A stretch of DNA of 63,789 nt, the filler included, from Pirum gemmata (lineage: Eukaryota), in the NCBI GenBank assembly GCA_002812295.1. It is 22 parts of 22 records of this genome, joined end to end, with 100 filler letters (N's around TTAATTAATTAA, not from the genome) between each part and the next. Parts side by side here need not be neighbours in the genome. Positions count along the whole stretch, not along the records: positions 10,713 to 13,257 come from PDIN01005551.1; positions 13,358 to 15,954 come from PDIN01005552.1; positions 16,055 to 18,624 come from PDIN01005553.1; positions 18,725 to 21,322 come from PDIN01005554.1; positions 21,423 to 23,980 come from PDIN01005555.1; 17 more parts are not named here. The stretch is one strand, 5' to 3'. The notes beneath the pieces are model-generated. The model was given only the letters and a program-made list of their open reading frames with translations, did no database searches and had not been told where the DNA came from. The position numbers were made by a program, and so were the translations under genes. Below, piece after piece: positions 10,847 to 22,742 of this stretch (positions are counted from its first letter, which is position 1; each line of letters begins with the position of its first letter).

Positions 10847-12615
10847 GAATCAGGTGCTGGAAAAACCACATTACTCGATGTTATTGCTGGTTATAAGACA
10901 GCAGGCTATACTAGTGGTGATATATATGTTGGTCATTTTACTAAATCTAAACTCAAAAACATTTGGGATAAAATTAGTGGCTATGCTGAACAAAATGATA
11001 TATTAAATAGTTACCTGACTGTTTACGAATCTTTATTATACGCTGCTCGATGTTTATTACCACAAGGTGCTGATTGTAAAGAAAGAGTCAAAGAGATTAT
11101 AGGTATTGCTATTATATATAATTAATTACTACATTTCATGGGATCTATTCCATGATATCTAAAAGTATTTAAATATAAGGTAAACGCGGATGATGTTATA
11201 ATAATATTCTTTTTTTCGCAATGTGTGAGGGTTAGGGTAAAGAAAGTTTAAATTTCTTTTTTATTAATAATAATATTACTATATATGGAAGTAATGAGAG
11301 TGGTCGTGATGTATCATATTATTTCAAATATGGTAATATAATTATAAAAAATATTTTTTGACTTTCCTCACACATCTCTTATATATATATATATATATAT
11401 AAGAATGCCAGTTGTCTTAAAAGCGTTTAATTATATATATATATATCTTATATATAAATATATTATAATGACGTTTATCCGCGTTTGCCTTATTTTTTTA
11501 GAACTTATGTACATTCTTACTATTGTTAGTTTATTCATTTCTTTATTAACTTATAGTCAGTGATGTTTTCCATTTCAAAAAAAAGAAAAGAAAGAAAAAA
11601 TTCACTCATTCCCAAATAAAAGCTCAATTCGATTTTTATTTTTCGATATTACTTTAGTTAACGATTTTTTTTACTGACTGTGGCTAGTGCTTCGTAAAAA
11701 AAAACGAATCGAGCTTTTTTTGGGGAACAAGTGAATGTTTTCTTTGGTTAATCTACGAAAGAGCGGCGAACGAAGTTCAAAGCGAGTGAGTATATTTATT
11801 TTTTTGGTTAGTATACTCACTCACTTTAAACTTCGTTCGCCGCTCTTTCGTAAACTAAACAAAGAAAACATTCACTCGTTCCTAAAAAAAAGCTCAATTC
11901 GTTTTTTTTACAATGCACTGACCTCAGGTAGTAAAAAAAAGAGTATGCTAACGCTGGTTAGTGCGTTTTTACTAATTAAAATTTTTTGTAAACATGATTG
12001 TAAGTATATAATACAACTTTATTGATTGTTGGTCTTACAAATTGAAGAAATTCAATTTTTTGGCGCAAATATAAAAAAAGATAACTGAGAGGTACGTATG
12101 ACATCATTAAATAGTTAATGAAAGTTTCAAAAAAACTCGCAATTTTACTGCGCACTGGTTAGTGACACTCTTTCCAAATAAGGCAACTTTATTAATTAAA
12201 TTTAGTGCACTAACCACTGGTAGTGCATTCTATCGCGAAAAAAACACACTTTTTATCGCAATGCCCTCTCAGTTCTCATATAAAAAAGTAGGATGTTCGA
12301 AACAGAAAAAAAATCGATCAAAAAAAAAACCGAGGTCAGTCAAAAAAAAATTAATTAGTAAAAATGCACTAACTCTTGTTAGTAAGAAAATGTAAAAAAA
12401 AACGTTCAATAACACTTATTACAATTATTCGAATCTGGGCTTTGAAAAATCATTATTTAATTAAAACCGACATCGTCTTTCTTTTCAGATAAAAGATTGA
12501 TTATTATTATTGTTATAATTATTATTGTTGTAATTATTATTGTTATAATTATTATTATTGTAATTATCATTATTATTATCATGATGTTGCTTGTTGTTTG
12601 TTGTTGTTGTTGTTT

Positions 12616-12653
<38 letters not shown>

Positions 12654-12716
12654 ATTGTTGCTGTTGTTGTTGTTGCTGTTGTTGTTGTTGTTGTTATTGT
12701 TATTGTTGCTGTTGTT

Positions 12717-12767
<51 letters not shown>

Positions 12768-12950
12768 GTTGTTGTTGTTGTTTATTATAAATAGATGTGA
12801 TGTTACTAGGTTCCTATGCTAATGTTGTTGTTGGGCGAGAAAAATTTGAAGAAGGCATTCCTAAACATGTCCGTCGACGATTGACTATTGGTTTGGAGTT
12901 GATTGTCGAACCAAAAATACTTTTTTTGGACGAGCCTACCACCGGCTTAG
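10847..12950 (+). CDS. ABCG/PDR-type ABC transporter, nucleotide-binding domain (NBD2-like), two internal exons
   Basis: Exon 10847-11102: ESGAGKTTLLDVIAGYKTAG (Walker A)...ISGYAEQNDILNSYLTVYESLLYAA (Q-loop). Exon 12795-12950: ...GIPKHVRRRLTIGLELIVEPKILFLDEPTTGL (degenerate signature, Walker B, D-loop). The phase-1 junction is compatible. Confidence 0.9.
11175..11493. mobile_element. MITE in ABCG intron
   Basis: TIRs ATAAGGTAAACGCGGAT / ATCCGCGTTTGCCTTAT; the interior resembles 56680-56850. Confidence 0.65.
11657..11952. repeat. Long imperfect palindrome (about 140-bp arms) in ABCG intron
   Basis: ...TACGAAAGAGCGGCGAACGAAGTTCAAAGCGAGTGAGTATA / TATACTCACTCACTTTAAACTTCGTTCGCCGCTCTTTCGTA..., centred near 11803. 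Confidence 0.85.
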
Positions 12951-14062
12951 GTAATAATAACCTTTATTTTGTTTTTTTTACAAGTTGAAGTTTAAATTTA
13001 CATCCAAATTTTAAAATTTTAACTTCAAGTTTAACGTTGAATTTAATTTTAATTTTTTTTTTAAATTTTAAGTTCAATTTTAATTTTAGTTTTAACGTCT
13101 TTTTAATTTTTAATTTTTATTTTTTATTTTTTATTTTTTATTTTTTATTTTTTATTTTTTATTTTGTATTTTTTATTTTTATTTTTTATTTTTTATTTTT
13201 TATTTATTTTTTATATGTTATTTGTCATTTGTCATTTGTTATTTGTTATTTGTTATTNNNNNNNNNNNNNNNNNNNNNNNNNNNNNNNNNNNNNNNNNNN
13301 NTTAATTAATTAANNNNNNNNNNNNNNNNNNNNNNNNNNNNNNNNNNNNNNNNNNNNTTTTTCGTGTTGTGAATGATGGTGGTTGGTGGTGGTGGTGGTT
13401 GGTGGTGGTGGTTGTGGTGGTGGTGGTGGTGGTGGTGGTAGCTGTTGTGGTTGTTGTGGTTATTGTGGTTGTTGTGATTGCTATATGTGTTATTGTTGTT
13501 GTCGTTGTTATTGTTGTTGTTGTTGATGTGGCTGTGGTGGCTGTGGTGGTTACAGTGGTTGTTGATAAAAGGAACGTTGCCAAAGAAAATTTGAATTGTC
13601 ACTTTGTTGTCAAAAAATTGATTTTTTATTTTCTTTTTCTTTTATAAATACTTATAAATCCAGTCTATCATACAATCAATTTTCAAAAAAGCTCAAAATC
13701 ATCGCTTAGTTTTTTATAATTAAAAGACATGTGAACGAAGATTCTAAAAAATAACCAAAAAGATGAGTAAAACGAAGATTATGAAAAATATAAAAAATAA
13801 CTTTATACGAATTTAAAATTCGAGAGAATACATTTTTAATAACAGTACATCTCTCTGCGCGAGTGTGATGATGATGTGCTAGTGGGTAGGAAAAAATGGA
13901 CTTCCCAAAAACGAAAAAACCGACTTGTGATTCAAAATAAATCATCCTTCAAATTGCTTAGACGTTTTGTGTTGGAACATTCAAAAACAAATCTTTTTCC
14001 AATTTTGGATTGGACGTTTTTTTTGTGTTTGAACTACGTTCTGGGGATTTTTTTGCTATATC

Positions 14063-14094
<32 letters not shown>

Positions 14095-14396
14095 CGCCAT
14101 AATGATGTATATATACCGGTTTAATTAACTAAGTGATTCTTTTTTGTTTATTCTTCTTCCCTTCCATGTTTTTTTGTAGATTATGTTGTTTTTTTAATTT
14201 TTAATTTTTAATTTTTAATTTTTAATTTTTAATTTTTAATTTTTGATTTTTTCAAAAAAAAAAAAGGTGGGGGGGGGGCATCGGGTTCTGCTACACATGT
14301 GCCCTTCTCCGACACACACATATAAAAACTATACATATGAACACACATACCAACCGACAACTTCCATGAAAAACTCTGTATTTCTGGTTGGTTTAC

Positions 14397-15679
14397 TTAT
14401 TCACTAGGTTTTGTTTCTTCGGCAGCAGGTTTAGCTTCTTCGGCTGGTTTAGCTTCTTTAGCTTCTTCAACAGCTGGTTTAGCTTCTTCTTCAGCTGGTT
14501 TAGCTTCTTCGGCTGGTTTGGCTTCTTCAGCTGGTTTAGCTTCTTCTTTGGCTTCTTCGACTGGTTTAGCTTCTTCTACAGCTGGTTTAGCTTCTTTAGC
14601 TTCTTCTTTAGCTTCTTCTTTAGCTTCTGCTGCTGGTTTAGCTTCTTCTACAGATGGTTTAGGTTCTTCTTCAACTGGCTTAGCTTCTTCTTCAACTGGT
14701 TTAGCTTCTTCTTCAACTGGTTTAGCTTCTTCTTCAACTGGTTTAGTTTCTTCTTCAGCTTCTTCTGCTGCTGGTTTAGCTTCTTCTTCAACTGGTTTAG
14801 CTTCTTCTACGGCTAGTTTCGCTTCTTCTTCGGTTGGTTTAGCTTCTTCTTCAGCTGGTTTAGCTTCTTCTACTGGTTTGGCTTCTTCTTCAACTGGTTT
14901 GGCTTCTTCTTCAACTGGTTTGGCTTCTTCTTCAACTGGTTTGGCTTCTTCTTCTGGTTTGGCTTCTTCTTCGACTGGTTTGGCTTCTTCTTCGACTGGT
15001 TTGGCTTCTTCTTCGGCTGGTTTGGCTTCTTCCTCTGCTGGTTTAGCTTCTTCTTCAACTGATTTAGCTTCTTCTTCGGCTGGTTTAGCTTCTTCTTCGG
15101 CTGGTTTAGCTTCTTCTTCAGCTGGTTTAGCTTCTTCTTCAGCTGGTTTAGCTTCTTCTTCAGCCTTGGCTTCTTCAGCTGGCTTGGCTTCTTCAGCTGG
15201 CTTGGCTTCTTCAGCTGGCTTAACTTCTTCAGCTGGTTTAACTTCTTCTACGGCTGGTTTAGCTTCTTCTGCTGCTGGTTTAGCTTCTTCTGCTGGTTTA
15301 GCTTCTTCTTCTGCTGGTTTAGCTTCTTCTTCTGTTGGTTTAGCTTCTTCTTCTGTTGGTTTAGCTTCTTCTTCTGTTGGTTTAGCTTCTTCTGTTGGTT
15401 TAGCTTCTTCTGTTGGTTTAGCTTCTTCTTCTTTTGGTTTAGCTTCTTCTTCTGTTGGTTTAGCTTCTTCTTCTGTTGGTTTAGCTACTTCAACTGGTTT
15501 AGCTTCTTCAACTGGTTTAGCTTCTTCTTTAGCTTCTTCTACAGCTGGTTTGGCTTCGTCTTTTTTCTCTTCCGTTTTCTCTTTATTTTCTTCTGTTGGT
15601 TTTTCAGACGAAGCCGCAGTATCTTCTGTTTTTGTCTCGGTTTTCTTTTCTACACTCTCGGCAGGAGGTTTAGAAGCAG
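14397..15679 (-). CDS. Acidic repeat protein with (E)EEAKP(A/V/T) repeats, large terminal exon
   Basis: The minus frame is stop-free from 15773 to TAA at 14397-14399: AASKPPAESVEKKTETKTEDTAASSEKPTEENKEKTEEKKDEAKPAVEEAKEEAKPVEEAKP...AKPAAEETKPSE*. Candidate acceptor ttttattag| at 15680. Variation between repeats is mostly synonymous in this frame. No ATG, so it is absent from the ORF track. Confidence 0.85.
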
Positions 15680-16060
15680 CTAATAAAACAGATGAATATG
15701 CGAATATAGTGAGATACTGGAATAATATGAATGGGAAGGTGTTTGTAGCTCTGGTGTCTTGATAGGGTCTTTTTTACATCTGTTGTTTTGTGCCAAGTGT
15801 TTTTACAATTATATTCGGTGTTTGATTTCAGCGTTTGAATTTCGGTGTTTGAACTTGTTTTAAATTTCGGTGTTTGTATTTCGCAAATAAATAAATGAAT
15901 GAATAAATAAACAAACCAAAAATCAAAAACAAACAAACAAACAAACAAAAATTANNNNNNNNNNNNNNNNNNNNNNNNNNNNNNNNNNNNNNNNNNNNTT
16001 AATTAATTAANNNNNNNNNNNNNNNNNNNNNNNNNNNNNNNNNNNNNNNNNNNNATAATA

Positions 16061-16091
<31 letters not shown>

Positions 16092-16465
16092 CGTAATGGA
16101 TAACGTGATTTTACTTTTTTGGTAATCAAACAAATATATTTGATATTTATCAACAGTATTTAGTAAATAATCGAATTTACGAAGGAGTTCCAAAACAATC
16201 GCATTTCCAAATCTAAATAAACTAGCGATCCTTAGGGTTAGGGCTAGGGTTAGGGCTAGGGTTAGGGTTAGAATCGGCGCTTTTAAGCCGTACGCAACGT
16301 CAAAGTCGTCAAACCGTAGTTGATCAAAAAAGATAATTGTTTTAGATCTTTTTAAGCCAATGAAATCCTGGTTGCGTTTCTCTTCTTTTTCTTTTTCTCT
16401 CTCTTTAGATCCACCAATAAAAAGAACACATCAGACTTTTGAGAAAGCAATATTGGCCAATAACT

Positions 16466-17033
16466 ACGTTTCTCTATAATGACATTTAACGTCTATATCA
16501 AGGCCATGCCGTCGTTTCTTTATAATGACATTTAACGTCTATATCTATCTAATATTGCCATGCCGTTGTTTTTCTATAATAACATTTAACGTCTGTATCT
16601 ATCTAATTTTGCCATGTCGTCGTTTCTCTATAATGACATTCAACGTCTATATCAAGGCAATGTCGTTGTTTCTCTATAATGACATTTAACGCCTATATCT
16701 ATCTAATCTTGCCATGTCGTCGTTTCTCTATAATGATATTTAACGTCTATACCAAGGCCATGTCGTCGATCTTTATAATGACATTTAACGTCTATATCTA
16801 CCTAATCTTGCCATGTCGTCGTTTCTCTATAATAACATTTAACTCCTATATATATCTAATTTTGCCATGTCGTTGTTTCTTTATAATGATATTTAACGTC
16901 TATATCAAGGCCATGTCGCCCAATGGCATTTAACATCTATATCTATCTAATTTTGCCATGTCATCATTTCTTTATAATGACATTTAACATCTATATCAAG
17001 GCCATGTCGTCGTTTCTCTATAATGACATTTAA
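16466..17033. repeat. Minisatellite of 46- and 54-bp units in higher-order arrangement
   Basis: About 11.5 units sharing CGTTTCTCTATAATGACATTTAACGTCTATATC...GCCATGTCGT, in the order S L L S L S L L S L S. Confidence 0.9.
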
Positions 17034-17147
17034 AAAAAGAAAAAAAAAAAAAAAAAAAAAGTGGTTTCCATCAAAGTCGTTAAACCGTAGTTGATCGAAA
17101 AAGAAAAGTGTTTTAGATATTTTTAAGCCAATTAAATCTTAAATCCT

Positions 17148-17387
17148 GGGAGATGCGGGAAAAACCATCGAATCGAGACTAGTTCGAAACTTTCGAAAAT
17201 TTTCGATCTAACTTTAAGCATTGTCTCACTTTTGGTTTCATTAAAAAATTCTTCTTAGAAATTCTTAGAAATTTCATAGAAAAAACTTGAAACTCGAAAA
17301 AAAAGAATACGATATCATTTCAAAATTGTCAATATTTAATAATTAGGATCGAGCTGTTTGATTCGATTATGTTTTCCCGTATCTCCC
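17148..17387. mobile_element. MITE family D
   Basis: TIRs GGGAGATGCGGGAAAA / TTTTCCCGTATCTCCC; related copies at 32110-32317 (inverted) and 32535-32755. Confidence 0.8.
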
Positions 17388-17606
17388 TACGGATGGATGA
17401 AAAAAGAAAAAATTACAACAGTGGTCTTCGTCAAAGCTGTCAAACCGTATATATATATAATAATGTACTAATATAATAATATAATAATACAATACAATAA
17501 TATANTAATAAAATAATAAAATAAAACAATAAAAATAATAAAAATAATAAAAATAATAAAAATAATAAAAATAATAAAAATGATAATATAATATAGTATA
17601 AATTTA

Positions 17607-18146
17607 TTATTTATGAAATAACATAGTAGTAGTAGTTATTACGTGTGTAGTAGTAATCAATGTTGCTTTTTCCTGTTTACCAGTAGCTTCGTTAGTAATA
17701 TACATTATTTCTTCTTTCGTTCTCTCTTCTGTTCGACTTCTAATAATAGGTTTATCATAACCATCCTCTGCTTTAATCGTTACAACAGGCGGATCATCAT
17801 TATTATTATCAGTTACAATTACTTTACCAATAACTGTATTATCAGTATTACTACTACTACTACTACTTCTTATACTACTATGTTCAAGGTTAGAGGTACG
17901 CAAATGTTGAGGGTCACTGCCACTTGATAGATTCGGGGGTATTTTAACCTCTTTCACTATATTAACAAAGCTACTAGAGGTAGGTTCACAAACTAGAGAA
18001 TGTCTATTATTATTATTATTATTTGTATTATTTACGTTTTGCATTTGAGATGACGGTAGTGAATTGAATTTTTCTGCTGTTACTTTTTCTTTTTCTTTAT
18101 CTAAAATAAAAAAATCACTGAATCTTCTACCAGCTTTTCGTTTTTC

Positions 18147-18197
<51 letters not shown>

Positions 18198-18513
18198 ATT
18201 AAGACTATGACTATGACGATGACCATGACTACTACTATTATTATTATTATTATTATTATTGTTGTTGTTGTTGTTGTTGTTGTTATGATTATGATTCTTT
18301 ATATTGTTTTTAATATCTTTAAAAGAATTGTTGATTGGTGTATTATCACCAGGGTTTAGATTATGTCCATCTGAGTGTGGTTGGTAGGAGCCCTCTACCA
18401 CGCTCCCCATATCGAAACCACAATTTTTACAAATTATTTCATGATTAAGGCTAGAAGACCTACTACTACTCGTACTATTGCCATTAGAGCTTAAAGGTTC
18501 CCCAGACTCTTTC
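17607..18513 (-). CDS. Terminal exon of an Asn/Ser-rich low-complexity protein of unknown function
   Basis: Acceptor atgtcag| at 18514. The frame is open for about 300 codons (KESGEPLSSNG...ICKNCGFDMGSVVEG...poly-N...RRFSDFF...TTMLFHK*), with complex sequence between the poly-Asn tracts. Confidence 0.7.
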
Positions 18514-19499
18514 CTGACATATCATAAAGTTGGGGTTAGGGATGGGGTTGGAGGGGGTGGGTTGAGGAGTTGAGTGGTTGGGTGGTTGAGGAGTTGAGTG
18601 GTTGGGGGGTTGAGGAGTTGAGTGNNNNNNNNNNNNNNNNNNNNNNNNNNNNNNNNNNNNNNNNNNNNTTAATTAATTAANNNNNNNNNNNNNNNNNNNN
18701 NNNNNNNNNNNNNNNNNNNNNNNNTTATTATTATTATTATTACTATTACTATTACAATTATTGTTCGAGTTTTTCCTTGTTCTCGGGTGGCTTGCATGGG
18801 GGTATTAGGGTGAGTATGGTACTTAGGGTTAGGGTTAGGGTTAGGGTTAGGGTTAGGGGTTTAATAAACTTTAATTTGTCATTAGTACTGCATTTTTTAT
18901 CTGTATTAATATTATACATAATATATAGTTAGCTAGTATCCGATAGTAATATCCCGAAAGACCTATAACTCTGGGTCCATAAATATAGGAGAAGGGGCAC
19001 GTTACTAGTAGAGATTATTAGTGGTTAGGGTTAGGGTTAGAGGCTGTTAAGGGTTGTTAAGGGTCGTTAGGATTATTAGGATTTTAAAATTATAATATTA
19101 ATTAAGATTAAGATTAGGTCTAGCTAGGGTACCGGTTAGGGTTAGGGTTAGGGCTAGTTAGCATATAGGGATATGGGGATTTAGGGTTAGATGAGTTGGA
19201 TGGTGTTTTTCAGATATTTGATTTTATTGCAGTTGTGTACGTAGTATGAACAAGTTTAACTGGTACTTGTAGCGCATTAATTAAACATAATTATACTATA
19301 TATTGATTTTCATTTTATTTATTATTATAAAAACGAGATATAAATGATATAAATTAATTTGTGGAAATTATTCTTGTGTTGCTCGTGGTGGTGGTGGGCC
19401 AGTGGTGGTGTATGAAACCTGAGTGGAATAGCTAGCCTACGCAGAATAACCCACAATATTATGCGTGATGACTTAAGCTTGTGTAATTAGTATGTGTAT

Positions 19500-19681
19500 G
19501 TATCAGTTGTTTTGTCATCATTTATAAAATATACAATAAATAGTACCAAATTAATACAATATGAACCTTTTAATTTAATTTGATGTCTTTTATTATCTAT
19601 TTATTTATTTAAAAGTGTCTATATAAATATTATAACCCTCCAAATAAGTATTCACAGTGACAAAATAAATGAAAAGCACAT
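19500..19681. mobile_element. MITE family A copy
   Basis: TCAGTTGTTTTGTCATCAT...GTGACAAAATAAATGAAAAGCACA. Confidence 0.75.
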
Positions 19682-19813
19682 TATTTATTATTTATTTATA
19701 AAATCATTTAGAGTTTATGTTAATTAATTATTATTTTAAAGTGTGGATCAGATCAGCTATCACACTGAGAGCTATGATGAAGATAATTCAGATTAGTGGT
19801 TTTGTTTGTACAA

Positions 19814-19941
19814 GGGAGCGTTTAAGTACTACGTAACGCCAATTTCCAGTCAAATACAGCTTCCAATACCCCCTACCTACCTACCCCCCGACGTTAATTT
19901 CCGGTCAAATACCACCTTCCTACCTACCCCTTGACGCTCCC
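19814..19941. mobile_element. MITE family C (PIF/Harbinger-like, 3-bp TSD)
   Basis: GGGAGCGT...ACGCTCCC termini with a CAA/CAA TSD; homologous to 61620-61759 and 62351-62490. Confidence 0.8.
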
Positions 19942-20946
19942 CAACAAGATTCAGTTTACAATAAGATTTGTAATAATATCTAGGTATTTAATTAAACAAT
20001 ATGATTATCGCTAGATGATTATCGTATTCTGAAGATGATTCAGCCAACAAGATTCGTAGACCTATAGCATCTTTGAAGTTTGAAGTTCTAGCTTTGAACT
20101 TTGAAGTTTGAAGTTGAAGCCATCTTTGCGGTGTGGTGTGGTGACATCACTTAAACTACCTTGCCTCTTTGTCCAAAACACTTTTGGTCATAATTTTAAA
20201 GTTCATTTTAATGATTAATTACTGCCTAAAACAGTTTAAGTCACACTTTCGAGCAATGACTTTTATCAAAGAATANNNNNNNNNNNNNNNNNNNNNNNNN
20301 NNNNNNNNNNNNNNNNNNNNNNNNNNNNNNNNNNNNNNNNNNNNNNNNNNNNNNNNNNNNNNNNTTTGGCTATTTATAATATTTAAATTGATACTTTTAA
20401 ATAAATAAATATATAATAAAATATACCAAATTAAATGAAATGGATTTATATTATATTAATTTGGTACTATTTATTGTATATTTTATGATTACAAAACAAC
20501 TGAAAAGCACTATATTGTAGCTCTATAACTCTAGCTAGACTATCCAAAAATAGCTAGTCTACTACTAGCTAGGCCCGGGGGTCTAGTAGCTAGAGTTCTA
20601 CTAGCAGCCAGAGTTAGTGTAGGACTGTACCAGGAGTACCAGGAGTATCATACCAGATATGATAATAATCTAGTGATATGATAATAATATGATAATGATA
20701 TCATGAATATAAAGAAACACTCAAAAATATATTCCTTCTAAAAAAACTTTTTACTATCAGAATATTAGTCTAGTCAAAATAAACCTTGGTTTAATGCAGA
20801 TTTGCAGGCCTAACACAGTAAGCCTGTAAACTATAGATGATCAACTATGATATATTATGACAATTTGATATTAAAATAACAAAGATTTCGGTCTGCTGAA
20901 GATAATTATTGCTTGGGTATTAGTGACGCCGGAATTTTAGCAGTCC

Positions 20947-21253
20947 AAGACGTGCTTGCTCATTCTGCGAAGAGCAATTTACTTTTCTTTCTCCAACCTG
21001 CTAAACAAATTAATATCACACCGAACGTAAAAATGTAAGGGAAGAAGAAAAATTCATTGCCGATTCCAAGTGCTATTTTTGCAAGGACTACAATCAAATT
21101 GCTTCGTGAACGAGGCTGCAAAAATAGCACTTGGAATCGGCAATGAATTTTTCTTTTTTTGTTTTTACGTTCGATGTGATATTAATTTCTTTAGCAGTAT
21201 TGGTTGGAGAAAGAAAAGTAAATTGCTCTTCGCAGAATGAGCAAGCACGTCTT
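20947..21253. repeat. Near-perfect inverted repeat, about 137-bp arms and 33-nt loop
   Basis: 20947-21083 is the reverse complement of 21117-21253 apart from a few mismatches and indels. Confidence 0.92.
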
Positions 21254-22063
21254 AGTGTTCTTCTGATACTTTTACGAGTCTGATTTTTAACTTCATGATT
21301 TCCTTTTATAATTTTCATTTTTNNNNNNNNNNNNNNNNNNNNNNNNNNNNNNNNNNNNNNNNNNNNTTAATTAATTAANNNNNNNNNNNNNNNNNNNNNN
21401 NNNNNNNNNNNNNNNNNNNNNNATGGTAATGGTAATGGTAATGGTAATGGTAATGGTAATGGAAACGGTAACGGTAACGGTAACGGTAACGGTAACGATA
21501 ACGGTAACGGTAAGGGTAATAGTTGGTATTAATACTTTGTTCAAACTTATTATCGGATATAGACTAGCTAGCTCCTAGCTAGCTAGCTAGTAGTAGTAAG
21601 TAGAGGGTCTAAGACTCTGAGATGCTTACTACTAGCTAGTAGAGACCCTACTAGTAATATTGATAGACTACAAAAACGGCCCATTTTCCATATACGAATA
21701 GTCTACATTACTATTACTACTATGATAGCTGTCTCTTTGTATGTACTTTAATACCAAATTCATGTATTATCACTGTTGCCCCTTTATAATTATTTTTATT
21801 ATGTTTTGAATTTGGAGGAACATCATAGTTTGAGAATGTAGTCTATATGGGGGGGTATCGTGTTTTTCAATAGTGTTATCCAATTCAAAAACTGAAATAA
21901 CCGTAGAACAAACTATTATTATGGTTATTAATTAAACTATCAAGACATGTTTTATACTTAAAATATTGTTGCATTTTATAAAAAAGTTCAATTATGCACT
22001 GAAACAGTACCAAATGCTCATGTCTTCTTACTACCTCTAGACTTAGTCTAGTGCTTTTCAGTT

Positions 22064-22223
22064 AGGAATCATCCATATAAAGGACGTTACCTATGCCTCT
22101 TTCTCCAAAACACTTTTGGTCATAATTTTAAAAGTTTATTTTAATAATTAATTACTGCCAAGTCACACTTTTGAGCAATAACTTTTATCAAAGAATAAGT
22201 GACGTCCTTTATGAATGTTCCCT
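22064..22223. mobile_element. MITE family E nested inside a family A copy (22051-22425)
   Basis: TIR-like ends AGGAATCATCCATATAAAGGACGTTAC / GTGACGTCCTTTATGAATGTTCCCT interrupt family A just after GTGCTTTTCAGTT. Other copies at 20140-20275 and 23856-23980. Confidence 0.7.
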
Positions 22224-22472
22224 ATAATATTTAGTCATCATATATATATTATATAAATACAAAAAAGAGTAATATCAAATTTAAAACAATATAATCCATT
22301 TGATTTAAAATTTGGTATATTATTTCATTACCTATTTATTAACTTAAAAATGTCAATTTTTAAAGGTTATATAATTATAACCCACCAAATAAGTATTTAA
22401 AGAAATAGATCGATAAAAAGCACAATATGTTAACGTTAATTAATTAAACTACTACATATACAAGGGTTATCA

Positions 22473-22742
22473 TTAGGGTTAGGGCTAGGGTTAGGGGTTA
22501 GGGTTAGGGTTAGGGTTAGGGTTAGGGTTAGGGGTTAAGGATTAGGATTGGCTATATATATAGCTATAGGATTTTAATTAGGGTTGGGATTTGGGTTGGG
22601 GATTAGGGTTTGGGTATCCCCCTGAGGTTAGGCCAAGAGTTAAAGGTTAGGGGTTAGGGGTTAGGGGTTAGGGGTTAGGGGTAAGGGTTAGGGTTAGGGT
22701 TGGTTATTAAGGTTAGAGTTAGGGTTAGGGTTATAATTAGGG
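22473..22742. repeat. Interstitial TTAGGG/TTAGGGG array
   Basis: Degenerate telomere-type hexamer array abutting the gag relic. Confidence 0.9.

Noticed and set aside
14518..15762. 414-aa GLASSS-repeat ORF on + (also 14388-14816 and 14870-15058)
   Set aside because: Antisense or off-frame shadows of the minus-strand EEAKP exon.
15774..15779. Stop-codon reassignment suggested by ATG-TAA and by in-frame stops in relics
   Set aside because: Conserved exons (DHX8, SC5D, LYS9, ABCG) have no internal stops, and DHX8 and LYS9 end in TAA at the expected positions.
16466..17033. CRISPR-like repeat array
   Set aside because: There are no unique spacers, only two recurring monomer types, no cas genes, and the context is eukaryotic.
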